IMG/VR virus record: IMGVR_UViG_3300046710_000146
Span: 32,001-96,000 of that record
Length of the DNA: 64,000 nucleotides
Reading direction: 5' to 3' (one strand)
Source of the DNA: a virus
Taxonomy: Duplodnaviria > Caudoviricetes
A model generated the notes under the pieces. That model was given only the letters and a program-made list of their open reading frames with translations, did not search any database and was not told the DNA's origin. Made by a program: the position numbers and the translations under genes. Below are positions 54,839 to 64,000 of the stretch, piece after piece. Position 1 is the stretch's first letter; each line of letters opens with the position of its first letter.

Positions 54839-57351
54839 TATGCAGCCTCCGCCACGGTTAGCTGCAGGGTTCCAGAGGTGTTAGCTCCAGAGAATGCTAA
54901 GTCAGAGATGAATATGTACGAACCAACTGGGTCAAATACTCCAGCCGCGTTCACAATCGTGAAGTTCTGGAACACATTGTTCGTGTCAGATCGCCGTGTC
55001 AGCACTGAAGATCCAGTGTACAAAGCGGTGACCTTGCTGAAGTCAACAATTCCAGTACCAATCGCATGGAACCGTTCGAACGCGGTGAAGGTGATCACCC
55101 GGGCTGTGAAGCCGCCGACGATGTATGAAGCCCCTGAGGTGATTGTCGTACCAGTGACACCAGCCAATCCCGTTAGAGACATGGCACTGAAAGACTGCGT
55201 AGCCTTTGGATTGGTGTCAACAATTCGAAGTACCCGTGTCCAAGTGGTTCCAGCACCAGTCCAACTACCTTGCCATGTACCTGATGAGGCTGACAGAGTT
55301 GGTGCTGATGCTAGCAGTTGATCAGTGGTGAGTATGATTGTGTAATCGACACCAGCGGGCGATGAGAACAACCGGGCTGGTGAACCAACAATTGTGATTG
55401 CCGCTTGTGGTGCAGCATCCGCAATTGTGACTGCTGAAGACGCGGTGCTTGTTGCATTGTTCGATGCCTTATTCGCGGTGATCGTGTAGTTCTGGGCGTT
55501 GTACGAGTATGAACCACCTGTACGGGTAACAACCTTAGCGGAGCTGTATATTCCCGGATTGAACACCGACATATTCAGCGCGGTGTACAACACGGTGTCA
55601 AAGTTCGAGATCGTTGATGTGATCGTTACCGCTTCAGCACCCTTGATAGCCGATTGTCCAACTGGATAGATGATCGTGCGCGGCCCAATTGCAGGGTATG
55701 TTTGATTCAGTGTAATGTTGTTCGACGATGTAAATGGTACGCCAAAGGTGCCAAGCACCGTCTTACCACGTGCTTGAACAGTCTGTACCCCTGTGCCATT
55801 TCCAATCGACAACACGGCGTACAGCGTCCGATATCCAACCCCACCAGAATCCAGTGCACCAAGAGTCATTGGCACCAATACTCCGGCTGCGCCACCAGCC
55901 ATAATCTCAGCGTACACCGCGGCATTTTGAATCGCGCCGGTCACAACCACTGTGTCACCGGCCTTGACTTCAGTCTGTGATCCTGGAAGTGTACCAATGA
56001 TCAACGAACTCAGGGTTGGACCCACTGCAGCACGTTGAATGAGCAGCGTCGCGGTTGCACCAGCGCTCGAAACAGCGGTAACCGTGGTATTCGCAGTTAT
56101 CCCTACGAGCGGGGCGGTGCCATAGTATGAGCGCTTGTGAGCAGGATCTTCAGTGACGGAGGCGATGACCGGCCCACCCGCTTGTGCAGGTACCGTTGTG
56201 ATCGTAATTGTTGGTGAAAAGAATGCAGAGTCCCCTTCAGCAAATACCGTCACCGTCACCGAATCTGTATCAGTTGTCGCTTGGTAGATCACCTTGTTTG
56301 CCGGCGTTGTGCCGGAAACATAGAGCTTATCACCAACATTTCCGGTCGAGGTTGCACTAACGTCCGTGAAGAACAGCCCAGGAGCGCTTCCACCACCGCC
56401 CGTGCTTGCAGTTACCCAAGAGACCACGGTTCCATTTGTGCTGAGCACCTTGCCAGTTTGCCCAGTCTGATCTGGGACAAGTGCATTGATCGCAGCGCTT
56501 GCAGTAGTTTCACCAGTACCACCCTTGGAGAGTGGAACGATGTTCAGCTCAAGCGCAATTGTACCTGCCGCCGTGATTGGCGAGCCGGTTACCGTCAGGT
56601 CATCAGAGGTAACTGCAACTGAGGTTACTGAGCCGCCGCCACCTGCACCACCGCCCGTGATGAAGGTGTCAATTGCAGCCAGCACCGACTGAACATCGGT
56701 CCCAGGAAGATTCGTAAGTGCCGCAACGCTGATTTGGCTGGCGGCGTGCTTAATGCCACTAACGGCGATATGCGATGTGAACGCGTTATAAAACGTAGCA
56801 AAATCAATGCCACCAACATTCAGGGTCCGAATGATGGTGTCACCAAGCGCGTCAATGACGAAGACCGGTAGCCCACCATTTTGATTCTGGATCTTGACCA
56901 GATCAGACGTCATCATGACACCAGGCATCGGCTCAATCAACAGGCTTGAGATCGTACCAGCCGGTGCGCTAATTGAGATCTGATCAACGTTGCTGATCGT
57001 GCCTTCAATGACGCTCGACGACCCAAGAACCTCGAGGTCACCAGTGATCGTGACCTTACCGGTTGCGGCGTTGAACTGGAAGGCCTTCGAGTTCAACGCA
57101 TTGAACACCAGATCTCGGCCACTGGTCAGGTTAATTGTGGCTGGGAATCCGCTGTTGTTGTACGCGCCTTGCAGCGAAAGTGACAACGATGATGGTGATC
57201 CATCCGTTGTGGATCCATCGGCAAACATCAGCGGTTTGCCGCCTACCGTGAAAGTTGGCCCGATGGCGCCGCCAATGTCTACAATTGCAAACTCTGGGAG
57301 CCTCCCTAGTTCGCCGCTAACGGTGTTTAGGTAAACAAGTTTGAAGGTCAT
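54838..57351 (-). CDS. tail-fibre-like structural protein (837 aa)
   Basis: GGGSVTSVA, VPL.KGGTG, GKVLSTNG fibre motifs; T/G/A-rich beta domains. Confidence 0.8.
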   Translation of the reverse strand: MTFKLVYLNTVSGELGRLPEFAIVDIGGAIGPTFTVGGKPLMFADGSTTDGSPSSLSLSLQGAYNNSGFPATINLTSGRDLVFNALNSKAFQFNAATGKVTITGDLEVLGSSSVIEGTISNVDQISISAPAGTISSLLIEPMPGVMMTSDLVKIQNQNGGLPVFVIDALGDTIIRTLNVGGIDFATFYNAFTSHIAVSGIKHAASQISVAALTNLPGTDVQSVLAAIDTFITGGGAGGGGSVTSVAVTSDDLTVTGSPITAAGTIALELNIVPLSKGGTGETTASAAINALVPDQTGQTGKVLSTNGTVVSWVTASTGGGGSAPGLFFTDVSATSTGNVGDKLYVSGTTPANKVIYQATTDTDSVTVTVFAEGDSAFFSPTITITTVPAQAGGPVIASVTEDPAHKRSYYGTAPLVGITANTTVTAVSSAGATATLLIQRAAVGPTLSSLIIGTLPGSQTEVKAGDTVVVTGAIQNAAVYAEIMAGGAAGVLVPMTLGALDSGGVGYRTLYAVLSIGNGTGVQTVQARGKTVLGTFGVPFTSSNNITLNQTYPAIGPRTIIYPVGQSAIKGAEAVTITSTISNFDTVLYTALNMSVFNPGIYSSAKVVTRTGGSYSYNAQNYTITANKASNNATSTASSAVTIADAAPQAAITIVGSPARLFSSPAGVDYTIILTTDQLLASAPTLSASSGTWQGSWTGAGTTWTRVLRIVDTNPKATQSFSAMSLTGLAGVTGTTITSGASYIVGGFTARVITFTAFERFHAIGTGIVDFSKVTALYTGSSVLTRRSDTNNVFQNFTIVNAAGVFDPVGSYIFISDLAFSGANTSGTLQLTVAEAA

Positions 57352-58994
57352 GGTCGCACCCCAATCGTCGCAGTCGCTGAGTTATCAGCAAGCGTGCTGT
57401 CGGTTTCTGGAGAGCTCACGGTGCCTTCGAGCTGCATGCTGGTTACGTTTGCGTTCACCTGTGCCTGCAGGGTGATCACGGTATTTCCACCTGATAGAAT
57501 GTTCGTCAGGGGCAGGGTGATGGTTGTTCTACCACCAACGTAAGAAACGTTGGTGCCAGTTGGCACTGAGGTCATGGTGATCTGCGAGTTGTTGTTCGCA
57601 CGAAGCTTCAGCGTGCGCAGCACATTCGTTGCGTTTGCCAGGCCATCATTCGTCACGATGACTTGGAAGTTGAAGACTTGCCCACCGGTAACTTGACCAG
57701 GAACACCAAATGATAAGCCAAGGTTCGTGAACGTCACGCCTTGAGTTGGGAGGCTAACCACAATGTACCCGACTTTGATCTCATCATCTTGCCCAAAGCT
57801 ATTGATGGCACGCTGACGAACAGTGTATGTTCCAGGCGTCGCATATGTGTATGTTGCAGTCGAACCAGTCGCATCAACGAATGAATCATTTATGAAGTCC
57901 CACTCGATGTTCGTTGCATATACGCTGGTCGAGGTGAAGTTCACGGTCAACGGAGCAATACCAGTCGTGGGTGTTGCGGTGAAGTTCGCAATTGGGCGGG
58001 TCAGCGGTGGTGGTTCAGGTGGTGGAATGAGGTCATCGGGGTTGTCAAGCACAATCACCTGGTGTATGTTCATCAAGATTGAATCGACGTCATACACGTA
58101 CCCAATTTGCTGCAGTGCTCCCTGTTGTGGCGGAATTAGTGTGACCTCACCAGCCGCACCACAGAACAGCGGCTTGTTGATCTTATCAACTGGCCATGAC
58201 CAAACGGTTGATCGTACAATACCAGAGGTGATCAACTTACCGACGTCGCTCTCATATAGATCCTCAACAACCAATCCTGAAACCCGTGACCGATAGTCGG
58301 TCGAGCGAGCAAGAACAGACCTAAACCCAGCACGAATCTGCACCAAGCTGTTCTTTGGAATCTCTTCCAGCGCCATAACGTATGTGATCGTGCTCTCAAG
58401 ACGAGAGGTGACGGTACCAAGGTTAATTGCGCCGAAGCGTGTAACTGATGTGACAAACGCGCCGTTTGATTCACGAAGCGGCTTGTTGAAGCTGTCAAGG
58501 ACAATGTTGCCGCCTTCGCAGTCACCAACCAAACCAGCCTGTGATCCGATCTTTGCTGGCCGGACAATTGCACCTGAGGTAACATAACCAGCAAATAGTC
58601 GAACACGTTCAGACCAGCCCTGTGCGGTCCAGACATGGAACACATTGTCGCTGGTATCAAACCAATTTTGATCGATTGCAGGCGCCACTGGCGCAGTCGA
58701 GCTGTAAAGCGGTGGCAACAGCGTCATGCCGCGCGTCAGCGCGCCGGTCAGAAGATTGATGTCCCAGTACAGATACCGCGTCGCGGGCGTTGTAATAGGC
58801 CCCCAAGCGTTCTTGACGGTCTTTAGCTCCTCAACGATGTAGTTTGCATCGTGGTGTGCAAAGGTGAGCACACATGGATCTGGTGATACGATGAGATCAA
58901 CAAAGTTCCCAGTTGCAGAACGTTGAAGGAAAGTAGGATTTCCGCTAACGTCTGTCTGGTGTCTGATGATCCCTTGTCGGAAATTTAACTTCAC
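57348..58994 (-). CDS. virion protein with PKD and DUF11-like Ig domains
   Basis: P.ANFTA.PT.G.APLTV.F, WDF, Y..PGTYTV; VTN.G...ATNV, D....DNSA; TAAATA at 59010. Confidence 0.8.
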   Translation of the reverse strand: MKLNFRQGIIRHQTDVSGNPTFLQRSATGNFVDLIVSPDPCVLTFAHHDANYIVEELKTVKNAWGPITTPATRYLYWDINLLTGALTRGMTLLPPLYSSTAPVAPAIDQNWFDTSDNVFHVWTAQGWSERVRLFAGYVTSGAIVRPAKIGSQAGLVGDCEGGNIVLDSFNKPLRESNGAFVTSVTRFGAINLGTVTSRLESTITYVMALEEIPKNSLVQIRAGFRSVLARSTDYRSRVSGLVVEDLYESDVGKLITSGIVRSTVWSWPVDKINKPLFCGAAGEVTLIPPQQGALQQIGYVYDVDSILMNIHQVIVLDNPDDLIPPPEPPPLTRPIANFTATPTTGIAPLTVNFTSTSVYATNIEWDFINDSFVDATGSTATYTYATPGTYTVRQRAINSFGQDDEIKVGYIVVSLPTQGVTFTNLGLSFGVPGQVTGGQVFNFQVIVTNDGLANATNVLRTLKLRANNNSQITMTSVPTGTNVSYVGGRTTITLPLTNILSGGNTVITLQAQVNANVTSMQLEGTVSSPETDSTLADNSATATIGVRP

Positions 58995-59036
58995 GCGTTA
59001 TCCTCAAGTTATTTAGTCCTGGAGAGAACGGGCGAA

Positions 59037-59675
59037 TTAAGTCACGGTGATGGTGAGTGTATAAACGATTGTTAGTTCACGATTTCCGGTGTGTTCAATT
59101 GGTGAGAAGATCAGGTGTGACAACATGAGCTCATCTGTCTCATTCAGAATGTCTGGGGTTCCAATGCCTTCAGTAAAGAGCCCAAGCTCATCAAAGAAGA
59201 ACTGCCCTTCCGTTGGGGTTGCTGAAACGCCATCAAGACCACCACCATCAGCGGTGACCGCGTCGGCTTGGTCAGTTGGGCGATTGACCGCCTCATTTGC
59301 AGCAACAATACAGGTCACGATAACGCGGGTGCTCGTGCTCAACGGAATGTTCGTGAACGTTACGCTGTTCCCAACACCGGTACCAGCGCCCGCATCATCA
59401 ACCACTTCGTAGTACGTAGGGTTGTACAGATCAGCGGTAACACCAGCGGTGTTTGGCGGACGGAACACGATCTGTTGCGATGAATCAACATATGTTCCTT
59501 GATTACCAAGCTTTAGTTTCCAAATTTGATGATTGGGGGCATTTGATAGGCCGCGCGCGATCGCGGTTGCCATATTTCCTGGGTGAATTGCGTTCGTGTT
59601 GTTCACGAGCACGTTTCCAAGATCATCCTTTACGAGGACATGACCTAGGACTTTAGTGACGAGTGCTTCCTGCAT
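59037..59675 (-). CDS. baseplate/tail structural protein
   Basis: GHV...D, NAIH..N, FDELGL, H.IF.PI..R...I.YT; TAAATA at 59701. Confidence 0.75.
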   Translation of the reverse strand: MQEALVTKVLGHVLVKDDLGNVLVNNTNAIHPGNMATAIARGLSNAPNHQIWKLKLGNQGTYVDSSQQIVFRPPNTAGVTADLYNPTYYEVVDDAGAGTGVGNSVTFTNIPLSTSTRVIVTCIVAANEAVNRPTDQADAVTADGGGLDGVSATPTEGQFFFDELGLFTEGIGTPDILNETDELMLSHLIFSPIEHTGNRELTIVYTLTITVT

Positions 59676-59711
59676 GGAGGTTCCTTAGCTTGAATGGTTC
59701 TATTTACCAAA

Positions 59712-62700
59712 TTAGACGATGATGACCTTGAGCTCAGCCGGCGCAGGTAGGTTGAACCTGAGTCTACGCGCTGATGGGCGTTCTACCACAGGAACAATTG
59801 ACGGTTCTGGGTCAGTTGGTCGCCAGATCTTAACAGTTGAAAACACCGGCAACCCATTAAATGAAACTTCGATAATGCGACCAACGGCAAGCGCCGCTAA
59901 TCGTGTATCAAAGAGCTCATAGCTGATCACGGTACCTGTGCCGCTGCCAGCCGCCGTAGCCACAAACATCGTAAGTGGATTGTTATCCGGTGCACCGAGC
60001 GTGGTATAATCGGTGCTTCCAACAGATTTAATGGTGTATCGAACGCCTGGAATGATGGTAGCGGCGCTGAACGGCACCGGCCCGCCGAATGGGGCAGGTA
60101 GGTCTTGTGGCAACCCAGACGGGAACATCACGAGCGTACTCTCGGGTGGCTCATCCAATGGGCCAATGTCATATTCAACCTGATTAAATCCGTACCCAAA
60201 GTCAACCGCCAGAATGGAGGCAGCCTCGGCGATATTCGTGCTGGCGGTTCCGGTTGAAGACGTCTCAATCTGCATGCCCATGCCAACCGCAGGAATACCA
60301 AAGCCACCAGTCGTTGGGGTCCAGTTCAGCGGGTTATTATGCAACGGCTGGGTCGGTGGGCTGGCACCGATATTCGCGACAAACTCTGTCAGCGTAGTCG
60401 TCAGGATATCACCATCGAGCCAAGGGCCTAGAACACTGAGCAGCTCATTTAACAAGGCCTGTTGCGGTGCGGTCAGAGATGAAAGTAGTGAAAGCCCCTG
60501 CGCCTGTTGGAACCAATCGGTTAGCGGCACGCCAGCGTCATAGTAACCGTCTGGGGTTTCACTGTTCAGATCACCAACACCAGCTTCAAAGTCAAACTGC
60601 AGGTTGTCGTACCCCGGCATGAAGCCGCCGAACGGGCCATCAGCAATTGTTATACCAGCAGCTTCATTGTATGTTGAGGAGATTGATAGCGTCGTTGTAT
60701 CAAGGATGTTCGCCTGCATCACGTCCGCGAACAGCACATCTTCGAGCAAACCACCACCGCTGATCAAGAACAGAACGTCATCCGTCATATTCACGTTCAC
60801 ACGGTCATTCATACCTGACCCAAGTGTGACGATCATTGCCTCAGCATTCAGTGGCAGGTACTTTCTATGGAACGCCGTATCCCAACGGAAGATCACTGGC
60901 TCGGCTGGTGTTGGCCCTAGTGACAGAACTTCACCGATAGTTTCACCTGTAGCGGCGGCTCGGACCACGACGTGCGTCTGAGCGTCACTGAACTCAGCAA
61001 TGGATAGGCCCTTATCATATCGGGTTTCAAGCAACGGGATCCACCCCTGGAGAACCGCAGTTTCTGGAGAAGTAACCGAGAGCGGCACCCCAGAAGTTGT
61101 GAAATGATCGACGTTCGTTAACACCTGGCCATATGCAGTCCCAACGGCTGACAGCGGCTGCAGCGCCATCGCGTGCGCTGGATCTTTCGGCTTAATTGAG
61201 ATGCTCAGGGTATCGCTCTTTGAGCGTTCAAGTAGCACGAAGTCATTGGCAGTTGGTTCACGTCCTGCTGTCGTACGAACTATTGCCAGATCGTGCCCAA
61301 TGGTTAGTGGCCGCTCCTGCCCACGCACGCTCAAGATGAACTCAGTCCCAATTGGGGCGGTTGGCATCGTCACGCTTAGGGTCTGGTCACCAACGATGTT
61401 AACACCATCAGCAATTAGGGCACCATTCCGGTACAAGGTCCAGTGCCCGGCAGCCTGTGACTTGATTCGATACGTGGCCGATTTTGCATCAGCCCGTAGG
61501 TAGTTCAGGGTGATCTGTCCAAAGGTGGTAATCCAAGGGGCTTCAGCCCCAAGTTGATCGCCAGACGCATTGAACAGCCAGACTTCGGCAACTGGAATCT
61601 TAAAGCCAATCTTCCCATTCCAGTACCACTCACCAACGACCGCATCAGCCTGCCAACCAGTGACGGAACCGTGCACGAGATACGATGGCTTTCGGCTGAA
61701 CGTACTGAACGTAAAGGAGTCAGTTCCCGCTAATCCTGCGGCACCGTTCACCACGGTGTAGTGAATACCAACCGCATCATTCTTGTATGAACGACCATTG
61801 TCCGTGGTATTCACGCTGATTGGAGAATCAAAGATATGCTGACCATTCAATGAACCGCCGACATGCGTTCCTTGAAGATCGTACTGGCTTGGCCCGGTGT
61901 ATGTGAGCGTCCAGCTTGCTGGGATTGAGAAATGATAGCTGTCACCGTACATCACCAGCCGTGGAATGCGGCGGCTGGTTAGACTAGCGGGTTCAAGCTG
62001 CACTGGTGGATCATTCCGAACGGTCCACGCGATCGTATCACCACCAAAAAGCTGCTCAGCAACTATTGGGCCTGTTGGGCTGTCGTAGCGACTTGAGTTT
62101 AAAACTGCCGCGATGAATGGTTTACCAGTCTGAACAATCGTGAACGAGAGCCCATGCGTTAGGTTTGTGTACGGGGCATTTATCGGAACGTTGTCGACTG
62201 AGACCCACGTCATTGTTACATCATTGTAGTACTCTAACTCAAATGAGGTTGCGTAGTACAGCAACAGATCAGCAACAACATCTGGGTCATTTGAGGACTG
62301 AACACCCTCTCCCGTTACAGTATTCGCCATGTCTACCTGCAGAATTGCAAGTGGATTCAGAGGATCATTGGTTGCAATTACGCTAACCTCATTGGTTCCA
62401 GTGGCAGGTGACGTGATAGGGTGCAGATTAAGCGGCATCGACAGATCAGCAACTGCACGAAGACGCCACTGAACGTCCTGCGCTGTATTTGGGGTCAGCA
62501 CTAGACCGAAGGTTGTAAGATCGTACCCAATAAAGCGGCTGTCGAAGTTAAAGTCAAGTGACTTTAAGTAGTCGGCCAACAGGGCATTCATGTTGTTGTA
62601 CACCATCGGCCCAGTTGGAACGATTATGGTTGGCTCGATCGGATTACCAAATACATCGTATTCTGGTGAATAGCTTGGTGAGCCAGCATCATACGAGTCG

Positions 62701-64000
62701 AAATCATATCCGTAATACAGATCCAGCCCTTCGGCATATGGAGGATGATTCTCAATTTCAATGAAAAATTTATCACCGACTGTGAAGGTGTACGCTGACC
62801 CAGCAACAATTGTGAATGCCACTCGACCGTCATTGAACGCGGTGTTCACTGGAATGGTCGCGTTGTACGTTGCCTCAGCGGTCGATGTAAGATCAAAGGT
62901 GGTTGGTGATGTTGCCGTAAGCACCAACGTACCAGTTGGCAAGCCAGTATCAAGAATCGTGACCTGATTCAGCGCGAGGGTCTGTGATCGAATGAACCCA
63001 TACCGTGTTGAAGAGAACACCGGGCGGCTGTATGCCAGTGGATTTGTCTTGATCAGACTCCAGGTTTCAAGTGGTGCATCGTAGTGCACCGTGATATCGG
63101 CTCCAGGGGTCAGCACGATAGTTGTGCCAACTGGAACTGTGGCTGGGCCAGAGAAGTCAAAGCCAAGTTGTGGGCTGCTGAAGGCGCCGCTTGGTAGTGT
63201 GATCGCGCCAATTGAACCAGAGCTTGAGCCGTAAACGAGGAAGGTGTTCGCTGCCGTTGCCTTCAGCGTCCATTCTTCGTACATTACCCGAAATGGATCG
63301 CCATGGATATTTGAAACTGTGACGCCACTTTGCTTAACGTTCGCGTACTGTAACCGCCCACTTTCGCGATTGGCTACGTCGGTGTACAGATTGAAGTACA
63401 ACCCTGGCGACAGCGCGGACAGAGTCTGATCAACATAGGCGTCGGCATACGGTGCGGTAATATCCCGCCCGCGCCAACCAGCGTATCCAACAATGACAGG
63501 CGTAGCCCCAGCGATCAGCGCGTTCAACAGCCCCTCATACGAGTTCGGCAGCATTGGGGTGCTAAGAACACCTTGAATAATTGCAAGTTCAGCCGATGCA
63601 TTTGCATTTGGCGTTAACAGAAGCTGCGCCTCGATCGAGCCAAGGACTGCTGCGATCTTGTTTACGGCAGAAGCTGGATTGCTAACGTCAAGGGCAAGTA
63701 CCTGCACAGCGGTCGTTGCTGCAGCAAGGGTATTTTCCTTCTGACGTTCAGTAAACAGTGGATCATAATTTAATGAATTTGACAGCCCAGTGACCTTCAC
63801 TAGGCCAGGTCCCGTGACAGAGATTGATGTAAGCGAAACCTGTGTTGCTGGGCCAATGACCACAAGTGCATCAGCGTTTGTGAATGTCATTGAAACTAGA
63901 ACGGGGTACGGGCCGTCTGTTGCAGTCCATTCATGTGTATATCGCCCCACGACCGGTGGTTGAGTGTTCACCGTCTGCTTAATCTGGAACACGTATGCAC
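59712..64000 (-). CDS. very large virion structural protein (>1426 aa; 5' end outside the window)
   Basis: Frame open to the window edge; repeated beta-rich units; GYD..YD motifs. Confidence 0.8.
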   Translation of the reverse strand, partial: AYVFQIKQTVNTQPPVVGRYTHEWTATDGPYPVLVSMTFTNADALVVIGPATQVSLTSISVTGPGLVKVTGLSNSLNYDPLFTERQKENTLAAATTAVQVLALDVSNPASAVNKIAAVLGSIEAQLLLTPNANASAELAIIQGVLSTPMLPNSYEGLLNALIAGATPVIVGYAGWRGRDITAPYADAYVDQTLSALSPGLYFNLYTDVANRESGRLQYANVKQSGVTVSNIHGDPFRVMYEEWTLKATAANTFLVYGSSSGSIGAITLPSGAFSSPQLGFDFSGPATVPVGTTIVLTPGADITVHYDAPLETWSLIKTNPLAYSRPVFSSTRYGFIRSQTLALNQVTILDTGLPTGTLVLTATSPTTFDLTSTAEATYNATIPVNTAFNDGRVAFTIVAGSAYTFTVGDKFFIEIENHPPYAEGLDLYYGYDFDSYDAGSPSYSPEYDVFGNPIEPTIIVPTGPMVYNNMNALLADYLKSLDFNFDSRFIGYDLTTFGLVLTPNTAQDVQWRLRAVADLSMPLNLHPITSPATGTNEVSVIATNDPLNPLAILQVDMANTVTGEGVQSSNDPDVVADLLLYYATSFELEYYNDVTMTWVSVDNVPINAPYTNLTHGLSFTIVQTGKPFIAAVLNSSRYDSPTGPIVAEQLFGGDTIAWTVRNDPPVQLEPASLTSRRIPRLVMYGDSYHFSIPASWTLTYTGPSQYDLQGTHVGGSLNGQHIFDSPISVNTTDNGRSYKNDAVGIHYTVVNGAAGLAGTDSFTFSTFSRKPSYLVHGSVTGWQADAVVGEWYWNGKIGFKIPVAEVWLFNASGDQLGAEAPWITTFGQITLNYLRADAKSATYRIKSQAAGHWTLYRNGALIADGVNIVGDQTLSVTMPTAPIGTEFILSVRGQERPLTIGHDLAIVRTTAGREPTANDFVLLERSKSDTLSISIKPKDPAHAMALQPLSAVGTAYGQVLTNVDHFTTSGVPLSVTSPETAVLQGWIPLLETRYDKGLSIAEFSDAQTHVVVRAAATGETIGEVLSLGPTPAEPVIFRWDTAFHRKYLPLNAEAMIVTLGSGMNDRVNVNMTDDVLFLISGGGLLEDVLFADVMQANILDTTTLSISSTYNEAAGITIADGPFGGFMPGYDNLQFDFEAGVGDLNSETPDGYYDAGVPLTDWFQQAQGLSLLSSLTAPQQALLNELLSVLGPWLDGDILTTTLTEFVANIGASPPTQPLHNNPLNWTPTTGGFGIPAVGMGMQIETSSTGTASTNIAEAASILAVDFGYGFNQVEYDIGPLDEPPESTLVMFPSGLPQDLPAPFGGPVPFSAATIIPGVRYTIKSVGSTDYTTLGAPDNNPLTMFVATAAGSGTGTVISYELFDTRLAALAVGRIIEVSFNGLPVFSTVKIWRPTDPEPSIVPVVERPSARRLRFNLPAPAELKVIIV

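Larger units (their letters stand above)
2743..59706. promoter_or_regulatory. family of 16 TAAATA late-promoter boxes (dispersed)
   Basis: Plus strand: 3932, 13534, 18745, 30495, 36266, 36663, 42818. Minus strand: 2743, 3973, 15733, 22316, 46974, 51293, 54400, 59010, 59701. Each lies just upstream of a gene start and resembles the T4 TATAAATA late promoter. Confidence 0.8.

Noticed and set aside
1-64000. Stop-codon reassignment
   Set aside because: Conserved genes are full-length in the standard code and end in TAA, TGA and TAG
49808-64000. Diversity-generating retroelement or invertible fibre cassette
   Set aside because: No reverse transcriptase, invertase or near-identical nucleotide repeats seen; module similarity is at protein level only

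Overview
The window is a gene-dense 64-kb segment of a large T4-like (probably jumbo) myophage that uses the standard genetic code. Two-component spanins indicate a Gram-negative host. From left to right it contains: (i) the C-terminal part of an RNA ligase 1, a GNAT protein, phoH, an HNH homing endonuclease and a virion protein; (ii) an early accessory region with a GIY-YIG nuclease, a MoxR-type AAA+ with a metallopeptidase-vWA partner, a second AAA+, Thg1, a kinase, a DEDDh exonuclease and a cyclic-phosphate receiver protein; (iii) a replication block with DsbA, a GIY-YIG/NUMOD3 endonuclease, a family B DNA polymerase split into two genes, a probable clamp, RNase H, primase and helicase, which also holds a minimal class II aaRS-like ligase with HD-domain and MazG-like neighbours; (iv) late head-interior proteins bearing xxE prohead-protease sites, one with a ligase-type nucleotidyltransferase domain; (v) on the minus strand, a PAAR / permuted NlpC-P60 / Ig-M23-GH108 / spanin cluster and a run of fibre-like structural genes that share a W-x-I-x-H-N-L module. 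Visible regulatory features are 16 TAAATA late-promoter boxes, many promoters 4-6 nt from an ATG (leaderless mRNAs), promoters nested between homing endonucleases and essential genes, and several structured non-coding leaders. I found no tRNA, rRNA or CRISPR array. All protein calls come from motif recognition by eye; no database search was run.
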